Origin: Phoronis australis | Lineage: Eukaryota; Animalia; Phoronida | DNA: 64,000 bases | Assembly (NCBI GenBank): GCA_002633005.1 | Contig: NMRA01000061.1 | Location: 448,957-512,956 of the forward strand | Reading direction: 5' to 3' | Shown: positions 1 to 13,760 of the stretch, piece by piece | How positions within the stretch are numbered: the first letter of the stretch is position 1 | How the letters are laid out: each line of letters starts with the position of its first letter | Translations under genes and position numbers: made by a program | Notes under the pieces: model-generated | Seen by the model: only the letters and a program-made list of their open reading frames with translations | Told to the model about the DNA's origin: nothing | Databases searched by the model: none

Positions 1-434
1 TGCACTTACAACGTCTACCAGCACGAGCATGTTAAAATAGGAGACCACGTGGAAAAATTCTCAAAATTTGACGCTAGTGTGAAATTTGGAGACAGTCCTG
101 TCGCAAACACACAGACGCGCACACACACGCAAACACACCGTCTACGATTCATGTCTGTATTGATTAGCAGTGGCACACAATTCAGCTTCTTTTTGCTTTT
201 ACTGAGTCGGTGTAAAGGAATTGTTTTAAAACCTTTGTTGCACTTTTTCTTTAATTGTTGCATGTTATCATTTATCAGCATCGCCTTTATACATGTAGAT
301 AACTTTCTTCGTACTCGCAAATAGTCAGGATTACACTGCAAGTAGCACTTTCAACCATCGATAACGCTTTAACTGTCATCGTGATCAAATTTACAAGTTA
401 ACAAAATTCATACAGGTTTTGTGTTGTTTTACAG

Positions 435-2936
435 GCACATCGATGGCCCTTGAATGCTACATTTGCTCCAGCGTAACCACAGGTTGTGGCGACCCCTTTG
501 ACAAGACTAAGAACCTGACAACTTCAACAGCCTGTACAGATTCCTGCATGGTAAGTTGAATCAACTTCTGTTTAGTTTGCGCGTGTCAATAAATACAAAA
601 GCGGCGGCTAAAATCTTCATCATTTTAATGTTAAAACATATGGGAAACGTGTTTAACTTCAGTTTGAAATAAACGGAATCAAGTACTCCGAGTATTTCCT
701 AAAAGGATAGATCTACTTAAAAGACTTCGTGTAAGAGTTCAACTGTTTCTGTGGAATCGCTTTTCTAAAACGGTATCGAGTTTGACTGGTTTTGTGTGTT
801 CTTGAAGCGGCTAGTTAACCCCGCCTTCCATCACAAAAAATGATTTAAACTTGATAGTTGGGCATCGAACAAGGGTTCCTTACTCAAACTGGAGTTGGAG
901 GACATGACACTTTATGCTCCGATAATGGCCTCAAGAATTACCTGTAGTTTTGATCGAGCCAGGTCTTTTCAAACCCTGCAATCGTTTCTGATCACAGTAT
1001 GGAACAAGGACAGACCGAAACCCGACAGCCTAGTGGGAGCGGGGGAGGGGTATCAATAACATTTACTAGCTTTGAAATGAGAATCACTCCTTTGAAATGA
1101 TCCCCAACAGCACACAATATTTGTCGCAGCAAAGAATTTGCGCCTTCATTGCGCATGACCCATTTTTCACACTGACCATTCAAAATGCAGAGGTTCGTCC
1201 TACAGATCGGGGCCGAGTTCAGCCTGTAAAATCTTCGCTTGTGGAACGGAAGTAATCAATTCAGCCCCAATGATTCATGAATTCTGTCCTACAATTAAAC
1301 AATCGAACATCACCCACCAGTAGTTTAGTGTAGACCGTTTGAGAATATTCAGGTAATACTCGACTTTTTCTTCAAATGAACCTCTTCCTTTGTTCATTCA
1401 CCCTTTTCGGCACTTTTGAGACTTCACCCATGGATACGATTGGTTCGTACACTATAGTTGTGGTTCATCGTCACTGGTAGAGCTTTTCATCATCACCACC
1501 AAGTTGCTTTGGAACAAAGTCACCTTCATCACTAACTAAGCCCTCCAAAAAATTCTCATCTCCATCTAACCCATGTGACACATCACGTACCAACTCGAGG
1601 GTTTCTTTGTAGATTTGAATCTAAAAATTCAGAGTCAGGGAATCAATTAGCCCATTCAATTTTGGTGCTACATTACACGTGTCTCAAAGTAAAAATCGTG
1701 TCAAATAGCGAGTAATAAACAATAACATAAGGTCATAAAGACACTGGCTGTGATCCTATACTATCATGATGTTGAATGTAGGCCTAATGTCAAAGCGACA
1801 ACGGACGAACGATTCTGTAGAACAAAAAATCCCAATGTTAATTTTATTTACACAAAAATTAATATCTGACAAGTCAACTAACAAACTGTTTAGAATAATA
1901 AGTATATTGCTCAAAACAAAAAAACAAACTGCGGCGCTTTCAGTTTGTTAAAAAACACTTAGGGAGAAGACTAAACACAAGTGTTGGCATGGTGATGATG
2001 CCGCGGCTACAACTTGAATGCAACGTGGCTTTTCAGGACAAGCACACTTAGATAACAAAACAATATTCAACATATCGTTTACACTAGTATATAACATGAT
2101 ATTTAATAATTTGAATCCAATGCACTGAGACAATAAATTTACCTGGACAGAGTAGAGAATGTCTTTGCCCTTTGCTCACACACAGGGCAACTTACAACAT
2201 GAGGGCAGACATCTTGAATTTCTAATTCAAGTAGTTGGCTCATTTGTCAAGAGAGGTCTCTCACAGTGTAGGATTACTGCAACAATGGGCCTTGAAGAGT
2301 AAACAATCAATAACACGAGTGGGGGTAATTATAGATCATCAAAAGATGTGTTGCAATATTACAACTTGGGGCCTTCCTGGGGTAGACAAGAGAACCTCGC
2401 GAAAACACAAAATCACGCAAGAATTCCCTGACACATTGCCACATCATGGGCGGCACAGCACCGGAAAAAGTGGGAGGGCTAACTGCCCCCTAGCCCACCG
2501 TGGTGCACCACCTAAAGACCATGTCCGGCGCAACACTGAAAAAGTGGGGGCTATAGCCCCACCCCAACCCCCTATAGTGCGCCGGCCGTGCATATGCTTT
2601 TCAAGCGAAACAAAAGATCACATTTCTTTATTCCCGAGATTCTTGCGCACATGGAACTCACTTTAGTTTCTTGAGCCGAAGTTTGACTAAAGAAAAATCT
2701 TCATTCGCACTGTTCTTTGTTTCTTTTAGAAAAGCAAGGTGACCACTGGTGGAAATTCTGTCATCACCCGCTCATGCAGTGCCGCATGTACGGAGACGAA
2801 CGCCGAAGTATTGGGAATCAGGACCCAAACGACTTGCTGTAAAACCGACAAGTGCAACGGGGCAGATCACGTGTATGTCTCCAAAATTTCAATGGCGGCT
2901 GCAGCCGTCATCACCGGCGCTTTTCTTTTGCATTAA
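435..2936 (+). CDS. Ly6/uPAR (LU, three-finger) domain protein, probably GPI-anchored; 5' partial (signal-peptide exon not found in window)
   Basis: Exons 435-550 (tttacag|...ATG|gtaagt) and 2730-2936 (ttttag|AAA...TAA) splice in phase 0. Product: GTSMALECYICSSVTTGCGDPFDKTKNLTTSTACTDSCM/KSKVTTGGNSVITRSCSAACTETNAEVLGIRTQTTCCKTDKCNGADHVYVSKISMAAAAVITGAFLLH*. It has 10 Cys, an LxCxxC start, a CCxxxxCN end and a hydrophobic tail. AATAAA at 3110-3115. Confidence 0.88.
1180..1620 (-). mobile_element. Possible decayed piggyBac-type transposase N-terminal fragment in the Ly6 intron
   Basis: Minus-strand acidic stretch KETLELVRDVSHGLDGDENFLEGLVSDEGDFVPKQLGGDDE..SSTSDDE followed by an EDFTG..GP-like segment, with stops and frameshifts. 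Resemblance judged by eye only. Confidence 0.25.
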
Positions 2937-4579
2937 AGTAGTTGAAGTACTGTGATGCTTCATAAAATTACAATCAATGATAGTTGAAGTAGTGTGATGC
3001 TTTATAACATGGCAATCTAAATCCATGGTGTTGCTTTGTTTGACTTTTATACTTCTTTTTCATCTCTTTTTGTGACGATAAAACCTGTTGCTTCTAATCT
3101 TTTTGACGGAATAAAGTACAACTGTAAACAGTCGTATGTCTTGTGCATCAGGTCCTGTTGTGTGTTACAGAATGAAGCCACCAAATAGAACCCGGACTTG
3201 AGAGAAGAGCTAAATATTACGTTTTGGGCCCATTTGAGATACATTCATTGCAAGGCCCTGTTACACCAAAGGAAGTTTTCCAGTATGGTCTCGGAAACGA
3301 GACACGACTCAAATGGAAAACCAATAAACGATAAGCAATCTGAGTAAGAACCGACTGGCCAAATTAAATTGCCTGTCTTTATCCGCCACCAGGCGATTTC
3401 GCCAAGATATAAACTTTGGCTCGGGAGCCGATTCATAAGAGCTAATTTTATTAAATAGATAGGGTTATACGTACACGCAAGCATCTTTGAAATACGCGGA
3501 ATTTAAAATGTAGGAAACACAACGATTAATAAAATTCGCTGAAGACACAACTTTGGTTCGGTTATTTCGTATTAATCATCCCAATTCTGCTTTAATAGCA
3601 TGTCCTCAAATTGGAATTTTGCCAGAAAACTTCATGCAGAATATCAAGACACTGAAATATCAACTTACAACGGAAATATTATCGACGATCTTTTAATGAA
3701 AGGGTGTTACAAAATGCATATGTTCAGTATTAAAGAGAACGAAGATGCATAATAAAAAGACAAGAGCAAATAGTCTTCCAGAAATAGGTTCCAGAGCTTA
3801 GGTTGCTTAGACGCAAGAATCACGTGAAGGAAACTAGTGTGATCAGAGCTTGGAATGACCCATGACAAAAAAGAGGAAATTTTTACGGCCCTAAATACAC
3901 ATTTCAATCTAAACCATACCTCAAAAGATCGAAAGTTACTGTGTCGTGTTGGCAAAACGAGCTCATCTTAAGCAGTACCTGACATCTATTTCAGCAACAA
4001 CAATGAAGGTAACTAGATACAACAAAAGATATTTTTTTAAATTAAAATAATAAAGATGATGAAAAATTTGCAGCCTGAGTGGCAGGAGATTAATCTTGAT
4101 TTGCTGCAGGTAGACCTATAAAATTAGTTTCAATTCTTTTAATTACGATACAAAATTACAAAAAAAATGAAAATCGATCTAATTATCTAGAAAACCTGAA
4201 ATACATACACATTTAATTCCAACAAAAAATTTAATTCCAACGCAAATGGAAAAAAGTCAAGATGAAAACCTGTCGCTCATACCCCAAATCTTAGCATGGA
4301 AAAATGAAAGTCAAAAACAACATAATTTAAACTATAGAATGCATCAATCACAATCCTAAGTTGGCCAAACTTTTCAGTTTCAAACACTAATTACTGGAGT
4401 TAATTGTTCATAAGCGACGCTGGTGTAGGGCTTTACTCTATTGCGAGATATTGGTGATGGCACGTGGAGTCAAGGGCTCCTCTCCCACACTGTCAAGTAA
4501 TTATAAATATGCAATAATACAAATAGTACATTGAACAATGGTGAGTGACCAAAGGTAAATCGTTAATTTATAATATGGT

Positions 4580-5420
4580 CGGTTAAAGCGTTATAAAAGT
4601 GACTGTGTACGTGTCTCTCGAGATATTCAGAGAGTTTAGAAAGAATAGAAATCGGTCTGTAATTACCTCTGAATCTCCCTTCTTTAAGAGAGGATTAACT
4701 CGTTTCCAAGTACATGGGTAAGAAGAGGCTAAGACCGATAATTTTGTAGACAATGGGTGAGAGAACATCGGCACCAAATTTTCAAAAAATTGGCTCTGGT
4801 GTCATCCAGACCCATTGCCTTACGTGCATTAAAGCTAACTGAAAACTTATTAACAGATGATAGATCCACTCTCATGGATGTTAAAACTATGACCCAATAG
4901 TTTATTTTGAATAAACCGCTTTAAACTTGACAAAAACTCAAGTGAGGCATTGTCAGTAGGCTATGTAATATATCGGTAAACAATACTGTTTAATTAAAGT
5001 ATTATCTTTATTCTTTACTTCACACACATCTCTGCCCATCAGTAATGAATTGTGAACTTTTAACTGCTTTTTAGCAGAGTTTTCCATAGAATTTCCGGTA
5101 TTCATTGGGGTTGTTTTCAGTGCCCACCCCACCCCTAAAATTCTCCCAGATTCCATTAGGCCGTTCTGTTGAAGACATCCAGTCAAGTCCAGGGCACTGC
5201 CGCCAGACCACTACAAAACTTGGATGCATCAAATTTCTTCGTGCACCTAATTTGACCACTTTCACAAGAGTGTACTCCAAAAACTGGGAAGTGATCACTC
5301 AAGGGGAGATTAGGACAGGCGTATGAATATTTTTCCGGAGAGGTGGTCCATGTATGGTCAATACAAGACCTGCATCCAGTCTCGGTTCTCGTGAACTCGG
5401 AGATCATGTTTATCATTTTA
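4580..5420 (-). mobile_element. Decayed LINE (CR1/L2-type) ORF2 fragment: APE endonuclease C-terminus to start of RT
   Basis: Minus-strand peptides in the expected order: FTRTETGCRSCIDHTW...LSDHFPVF (APE motifs IDH/SDH), then RKAMGLDDTRANFLKI and YPCTWKRVNPLLKKGD (pre-RT motifs). Frameshifted. Confidence 0.75.
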
Positions 5421-6653
5421 TAACCAATTTACTTAACCTTTTATACCCTGCCTATCTTAATCATGTCATTTTTTCATTGTCGTAAATACTCTCATTGTCT
5501 AGAGTCATCTCTTAATTTATTTCATCTGTCTTAGTTAATTTTTTACCATTATTTGTCATTTAGTTATTGTCTTAATTCTCAACCTTAACTGTTTTAATTG
5601 TATCTTTGTTACGTATATTTCATTGTTGTTTTATTACTTCATTGTATTATATTACTGTTTTTCTTGTTGAGGGCCCTCTTGGAAAGCAGTGCTATCACTG
5701 AAGAGGTCACCCTCATTTTAAATATCACAAAAGAGAAAGAGAGAACCATTCGCAAACAGATAATTTAATTATACAGTCAAACTGCCTGTTCTTCGACTTA
5801 TGAAATATAGGTGCTACAGTCAAATATCTTGTACTCGTAAGAAACATAGTGTTCATTTTACCTCAAGTTAACGTTTTATCAGACACGTCGGGACCCATTG
5901 CGTTTATCTGTGAAAGGTTTAAAAACTGGATTATCCGTTGCTGAGAAATTACTCACTTTTGGGACACCTGATATAGTCACTTTTTGGGGCTTTTATGTGT
6001 GAAATCACTCTTGACTAAATTTCGTCTCAAAGTGTCGGAGTTTATGATACTTATAGCTAGGAGATATGAAATAATCATTACACCCCACACATACATTAAC
6101 TTGCTTTCAGTGATTCCTTCACGTGAACCATGAATTCCCAACTCGTTTAGTTACAGAACAGAATTTCCTAGGGTTATCTATTAACTCCCCACGACCATTT
6201 TTGTTAAGGAGGGCGCTCTCATCACTGCACGCTTGCGGAGAACTATTACGTCAACCTTTTCATATGGTAATCTGGTATTTAGTGCATAGCGTATGTTCTG
6301 GTTGACTCGTGGGGTGGATTGCTTGAAAAACCTGATTTCGGGTAATTTCTCGTAAAAGCTGTTGTTTTTAACTGATTGGAATTGCACGTTTTGTTTTAAG
6401 GCAGGGCACAAACGAGTGCATTAGCTCATTGCAAAACTAACTATGGGCTATCGAATGAGGAGTTTTTCGAATTGACTGTGTGTATGCCTATTTTTTCTTG
6501 GTCCATGTAAACGTTCTTGTAGCCTATGGTGGGCCACATCTCCGACGGAGGAACTGTATGTGAGGGCATTCATCAGTATTGACATGCATACTAATTGCGT
6601 TTGGTTTTGAGAGTATAGTTCTAATTGAGTCTTAGTAGGAGACTAGAAAAAAA

Positions 6654-6809
6654 TCTCCCTGGTTCCTTGCGTGTCCGCTACTGGTAGAGAACACGCAGAT
6701 GTCATTCAGTAGCAAGCGTTTTATCACTGGTTAGTGCAATCTCCTCTGCAGTCATTGGTTAGCTTTGTAACAAAGAATAAAAATGGCGTACTATGAATGA
6801 TTTTTAGCC
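6654..6809 (-). repeat. Partial copy of the MITE at 17426-17973
   Basis: Reverse complement aligns to ~17831-17973, including aaagctaaccaatgactgcagagg and the gaaccag terminus. Confidence 0.75.
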
Positions 6810-8089
6810 TTTTTCATGCAAGTGGGGTGACAGCAAATATTTCGTTTCTGCAGCAACGTTTAATACTGAGCCGCGTGCTTGAAGGACATACATGTACAAT
6901 ACATACACATCTGGTCAATAGCGGAGTTGCAACCGAATCGATTTAACGATTGCACATGTCCGGAAATTAGGGCGCGCAAAGGCTATTGGGATTGATTAGG
7001 GTATGTGGAATGGCCGATTGGTTTGCAAGACGTGTGATTTGTGTGCATTAAACTACGTTGCTGTATGTATTTCTGCTGCTATTCGCCCTAATAAGCGCCC
7101 ATGCCCCAATAAGTGCCCCAACGCGTTTTCAGACTTCGCTAAAGTAAGCGCCCAGCCCATGAACTACATGCCAAAAATTCCTTACCTACAGTTCTAACGT
7201 CTCCAATTTATCAGTTGAAAGATCCGACAGTCCTGAATTGTAGACCAGGAGCCACTCCGTTATGTACGTATACACTTCAAACTTACGCCGCGATTCAAAA
7301 AGAACGCAAAAGTTTTGCTGCTCTTGCGAGGGATGTGCCCCACTACGCGGGTCTGGACTTTGAAAACAGACGCAGCGTACTTGTCAGCAGGATTGCATTA
7401 TTTCTTTCCCGCGGTACAGATCTTCTCCGGCCTCAACAGGAATCCAAACTTTTTTGTACACGTGAAAACCGTGAATCGAAGACTAATAAAAAAACTTGAC
7501 CAGTGTTAGCACGCGGCCAAGAAGCGCGCGTAATCATAATTGGTGTTTTTAAAGTCAAAATGACCCACTGATAGTGAACACATTCGCACCCTTACACCCC
7601 GAATGTGGGAGTGTTTCATGAAACTGTGCTCCCCTGCTTGAATGTTGTATGTCGTAAGGTGTAAATTTTGAAACAAACATCTGGACCCGTGTTTGGATGG
7701 CGTAAGAGGGCAGTTTTTTGACATTGACGTAGAAAACATTTGATGGTTGGGGGAGGAGAGTTTGTTAATTTTTTAATTTCATTTTAAAATAAAATATGTG
7801 TGTTGATAATTAATTGTTCATTAATTGATATTTACACCTGGAATATTGGGGAAAAGCTATCTCCGCCCCAACTTTTTGGTTGAGGGGCTCCTCACCCCCC
7901 GTTTTGATCCTACCTCTTCTTCAGCAGATCTATCTTATGTTCATTACTTCATCCCTGACCCCCATGGACAAAATCTTACAGGTTCTGTATATTCCCACAC
8001 TCCAATCATCAACTTTCACCTGCTCACCTCTGATTACTGAGTTACCAGCTTGCTTCTGATGTACTTTTCGTAATTTATTTTACCTTTGT

Positions 8090-8240
8090 CATGCGCGCAC
8101 CCAGCCATTAATATAGGCGGGCTCGAATCTCTGACAAAGTGGACCCTTTGCTAACAAAAAAGCGGGGCGACAAAAAAACTGTGCGTCTGCCTCTTTTTAG
8201 TGGACTATTGTTTCGTTTTCTCGGACTTTTTGTTTCTCTG
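8090..8240 (-). repeat. Partial inverted copy of the MITE at 58984-59212
   Basis: catgcgcgcacccagcc...gggctcgaat...cgttttctcggactttt matches the reverse complement of the 59-kb copy. Confidence 0.7.
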
Positions 8241-10658
8241 AGGCAGACCTTTTTACCCACTTCGCCAAATGGGGTTGAAATCTGGGAAACCCCTTTCAGT
8301 TCATTGTTACTAATTAGTATGGCGACGACATTTGACTTGAATAGTGTTGTAATTTATTAAAACGGGTAGTGATCGAAGTAAACAAAATCAAGAGAATACC
8401 GATCCCGTTTCTAAGCCCAAACAAGTACAGTGCATGGTGGTGGCGATGTGATCGATAAACTTCCGACCAAGCATGCGCATTGATGCCCAGACTTGGAATT
8501 CAAGGTGTCGTTCATGATGTTTCCACAGGGCCACTTTTCAATACAGATGGCGCTGTGTCAGAGTGTAGTGTGATCACTTGCTACGCTTGTAATACACGGC
8601 AATATTTCGCCCCAAGTCTTGCGCGTTCTTAGTTATCACCTCTACTGAACGCACGCCTTTGTAAAAAGACATGTGCCGGGTTGATTAATGTCACATTCTT
8701 TACTGTCACGAAAACTTCTCAACTCCTCCCTTTTTCAACCGAATTGCATACAAAGTTATATTATTAGGAAGCCCTTCATCAGCTGTTGATCAGTGGTGTA
8801 TGCCACCAGAACCAAAACATAAATAGTTTACTTCATTTTGCATACTTGACAGGTTCAGATTTACTTCATAATGCTGAAAACCTAGGGTATTACTAAAATG
8901 TGAAAAAATAACAGAGTGCAATAATGAAACCCTTGATGGTGTGACGGGATGGCGGCAAAAAACAAAGAGGAGACAGTCCTCCAAGAGATCGACAATGTAC
9001 GCTGTAAATAACGCAAGTGTCAGATTAGTTTCTTTTACTAGATAAACTTTCCCTTCTTTAAATTCTATTTCACGGGTACATTACTGCTCAGAAATTGAAC
9101 TAATAGTACATCTGTACAACAAGCGAACACTGTATTAAAGAAATATTATCTAACAATAGTTGTTATAAAAGCCCTAACGCTCTGCCCTAAATCTCAATAT
9201 TTCATAATCCTGGATACTTTTTAAATTGTTTCTTGTCGGCCACGTTTTGTTGTATACGCGTTTTTCCCAAAGTGGAGCTCAGGAGTAAAAAACTCGGTAG
9301 TCTTATACGTGTATGTTTTACCCTTTCATCGCGATCCCAATAAATAGTAACACTGAAACTGGGTCTTCGAGTGAACAGGACAATAAGAAACTGACAATAA
9401 CAGCAGCTGTTCAAAATGCTGCTTTGCTGCTGAGCTCAACGAGGAAATTGATTAGAGTGACAATTACTTGTTTGAAGTCTAGTCCCGGGTTTTCCAAAAA
9501 ACTCGTGTTGCCTTTATGTCCGAATGTTCGCGCGACAATGAAGTCGTGCCTCTATGTGACTGAGTGGATATTTTTTGACACGTTATTGTCAACGTTTTAT
9601 AGTCAGAATAAACTGATTCTCGGGTTACTCTTAGTTTGCAAGATCTCTTGTTTGCCCATGTCTGTCGACTCATCGTATCGCATGACTTACATACAGTCTG
9701 TAAGAGGCCTCTGATCAACCTAGCTAAACTGCGTATTTTTACTTTCCATGGAACGTGCCTACTAGACATTCACCTGTTTGAGGGTTGAAGTTAATGCAAT
9801 TTTTGACTCGTGCTCTTCATAATTATTTTCAAGCCGCAGTAAAGTTATAGAGGCCGGTGCGTACATAGTCTTGACAGCAATTTAATAATTGCTGTGACTG
9901 TGGAACACCAGAATTATGTAATACAAGCGTACTGTGGTGTAGTGCTGCAAACTGAAATGACCACAGATTCTGAAAAGTCAGGAATTATTATTTTTAAATG
10001 TTACCTCCACGAAACATCAACATAGACGTCAACGAAGATGCCTGAACTAAGCAAATTTTTTGATAGAAAGGTAACAACAGTTACTGTTCATAGGCGACAT
10101 GTTTCCACCGGTGTTAACTAAAGATATGTCTATATTTGTATTCATCTCGTTGGTTGTCATTATAATTAGTAATAAGAACAAAACTTGTTGCCGCTATAAC
10201 CCACCAACAGATATTAATTACTCCTGGAGAACATAATTTTATAATATTAATCATAATACTTTGTAACTGTCAATATTTGCTGAAAGTAGCGTCACTCCAA
10301 ACGATAAAATGCAACCCGAAAGCTAGGTTAAATTGCAGATCCCTTGTTTGCAATTATCAAAAATGAAATTCTTGAGTATTATTATATAATAACGTAGAAA
10401 AGTAATTCAGCACAAGAACTTCAATTATGAACAATTTTTGAAGTAGGTGGATCCCTGAAGAAGAGCTTCTTGTTTGACAATGTAATTATTATTCATTTGG
10501 CTATATACGATACCAGTGTGAACGGGGTGTGCTTGTTTTGTTATAAAGTATCGTTTGGTTTTGTATTTGCACCAAGCATTAATTAACACGGATTAATTAA
10601 GGCAAGTTTTATATCTAAAGCATACGTGTTTACCACAGTAATTTCACAGTATGTGAAT

Positions 10659-13356
10659 GGGCAATTCCGTGAAAAGGTCAACCTAGAGAAAAATATTAAA
10701 ATTGTGTCTAGATTAACATTTATGGTGTCATCTGAGAGCCCAATCTCTTCAGTTTCAGAGCTCGTATTTCAATTTCTTATAGCTTTCGTTTTTTACCTAA
10801 ACAGACTTATTTTTGGGGGTCACTTGACCCAAAAATATTATCCAGTTTTTATGTGTCTTGTTAATTATTGTCATAAATAAGTTAACTATGGGTATTTTGC
10901 TATATTATCAAGTTTGTACCATCACATGAAGCCTAAATTTTCTAGAAAAATATCATCATTTGACCTGTGTCGCATCGTTGACCTCCTTGGGTCAAAGGAC
11001 AACTCCTGAATAACATAGTGCCGCACGTCCGTCACAAAAAGTGCTAAAAAGTGTAGTTACATTAAAAGTTTTCAATCGAAATTAAATTTCAGATTCTCTT
11101 TGAACTTGTTACTCAATACTTTTGACCAAAATTTTATATCCCAGGTAATTATTCATTAAGTCAGGAATTGTGTAACAGACGTACGGCAAATTTGTACATC
11201 CGTCACGTACGTCTGTCACACCCATGAAATTACAATTTTTCAGCCAATAAAAATAAACTTAGGTCTTATTTTTACTTTTCAAACTTGCAGAAGATGCAAT
11301 TTGTCTCAGACCTATGAACTTAAAACGATTAAATATTGCAAACACAGTCATAAAATCAAGTTGCTCCGGTTTTAAACTAGATGCATTGGACTTTTTTGAT
11401 TTCAAAAATATTTGCTGAGAAGTTATACTTTATGGTGTCGTGTTATTCTTAAGAGAATTCAACTTGTAAAAATTAGACAGTTGGACTACATCATAGAATG
11501 TTAACACTAAATGTTAATTTAACGATTTTTTTGTTTTTGTGCAAGTACCCCGTGTTTGTAAAGAAACCCTTAAATTTTGGAAAACGTCTGAAGCAAAAAG
11601 TATTCATATCAAGGATTTCTATGGGTGCTCTGGAGTTTAAATACTAAGAGGCCAAAAGGAATACGTGTCAAGTTGCTGTTCTGCTGGAATCATCATGTTA
11701 TTTTCGCTATGACTCGCTATGCTGTTCTGTTTGGTGAGAAGCCGATGCTGAGCATTTTTAAGTGGTAGCAAACTGTAAGCTACATGTATTTATTACGCAT
11801 TTTGTCACACCCTCAGTGACTGTAGTTGCTCTTGTGTTTTTCATTTTCGTGGGTGGCTTGTATGAAATGGTTTCATAGCAAATGATTACGTCGTCTCATT
11901 TTACATATATTTGATAAAACAAAAACGTTGATCTCGCAATTTTTGAGACAGATTAACCCTTTTTCTATTGAGATTCGAGGAGAGTGAACCAGCATTTAGA
12001 AACAAAAGAGGGAATTGTTGGAGACCAGATGCAACTAGGAGGGGAACAAATGTCTGCTGGAAAGTTATCTGAAACTTGAAAAATGCCATCATGGATCAAA
12101 AAATTCATAATTGTATCTGCACGAACTATAAAGCGACCTTAATTTCAAATTGAAAAGAAGACAGTATTGAATTAAAAAAACTAAATGAAAAGCTAATCAA
12201 GCTTATCACTAAGGGCCAACATTTGATAATTTTATTTGCTCCACATATTCCTAAGTCATAATCCTAAATTTAATGTCTGCTTTAACACTGCAAGACAACA
12301 CCGGGTGTTTTTTTTATCAAAATTCGAATGTCACAAAATGATGTTGTCAAGTGTCAACTAAACCATGCGGTATCATTTGTTTGCTTCATAGTGTATTATA
12401 AAAAATACTGGAGTCCTGATACTAATATTTTTAAAACAGCACCTTTATTATTAACATGGGCACGTATCAAAACAATCAGTGACATGGCCCAGACTGTATA
12501 AGCTTAGGGCAAGTACTACTGTAAAAATAAATAATTAGAATGTATACTTATTTCAATGATGATTAATAATATTTTAAACTTTATTTCACATTTTATATTT
12601 AAGATAGCGATATTTACTTATTAATTAGTTTTATTAGACCTACGTAACATACCAAAACAGTTTTTCTGATTACCAACAGGTGTCGTTTACAAAATAATTA
12701 ATCTCTCTCATTCCCATCTATATCTTCAACGAAAAGTGAGGATTTTAGGAGGCTGTTTTATATCTTTAATCAAATTGCTTTAAAAGTTAAAATCCCAGAG
12801 CCCATTTCCAGCATTGGCTTACCTGGGGTGGCGATTTCAAAAGTTCAATCGGTGTATTTTGATAAAAAAAACATGGAATCAGTAGCAAAAGACCAATATA
12901 GCCTAAATATTGAAGTTTGAATTATTTGGAACTGAAATCTTAGCCACAACAATTTAATACTAGAAATTCAGAGCGTACGTCCGTCATGTACGTCCGTCAC
13001 ACTAACTCACCTTACACACAGTGGTCCAACAAAAATTTCTTAGAAAGCATCACCAAAGAAATTAGTATTTTCTACTTGACTATCATTCCACTAAATCATC
13101 ATATAAAACAAAAAAATCTAACTTAATACAGCTTACAGAAAATTAACATTGTTTTTTTTTCAAAAATTCTCTGCGTACGTCCGTCACTACCCTTTAAAGG
13201 AAATTTCCTGTCAGATAAAAAAGATTATACATGCATAGGAAGATATCAATGAGATCGGAACGATTGCTGTATTAATAATTTTCCTAAGATGAAAACTCTT
13301 TTCACAATTGATCAAAATGTTCTCTGATTGTACGTCCGTCACAAATGGAATTGCCC
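10659..13356. mobile_element. Non-autonomous DNA transposon, 2698 bp, Sola2-like
   Basis: Perfect 10-bp TIR GGGCAATTCC...GGAATTGCCC, flanked by a 4-bp direct repeat GAAT (10655-10658 and 13357-13360). Repeated subterminal CGTCCGTCAC motifs; no transposase ORF. A GRG terminus with a 4-bp TSD fits Sola2 (family call is inference). Confidence 0.75.
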
Positions 13357-13760
13357 GAATATAAAAAACGTATTTGTTACCAATAAATAAATAAAAATGC
13401 TATCTGAAAATATGTTGTAGTTAGCGTCATGTAACTTGCTTCATGGAGATCATGAATTGTTTGCAAACAGTATTTTGTTTTCAATACAACTACCCTGCAT
13501 GTTCTCACGATTTCTTTACAATTTAACATCATGTGTTGTTACCGCATTTCCTCATGACGACCCTAGATTTTGTGTAAACACAATTATTTTTTATACAACT
13601 ACCCTGGATGTTCCCACGACTTCCTAACAATTTACCACTGAAACGACTTTTTTTGCTATTTTCTCATCACGACTTTAGAGTTTGGGCATTTTTTGACTTA
13701 TGCACAGCTATCCCGGGAAGGTGGTGGAAACGATTACAGCTACGATCTTATAAACCGCAG

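Noticed and set aside
2939-3010. ~28-bp duplication in the Ly6 3' UTR
   Set aside because: Simple local tandem duplication with no sign of function.
10038-10375. Candidate upstream exons for the cryptic gene (MPELSKFFDRK|gtaaca at 10038-10070; DPLFAIIKNEIL at 10339-10375)
   Set aside because: They are not phase-compatible with each other, the signals are weak and there is no signal peptide, so they were left out of the model.
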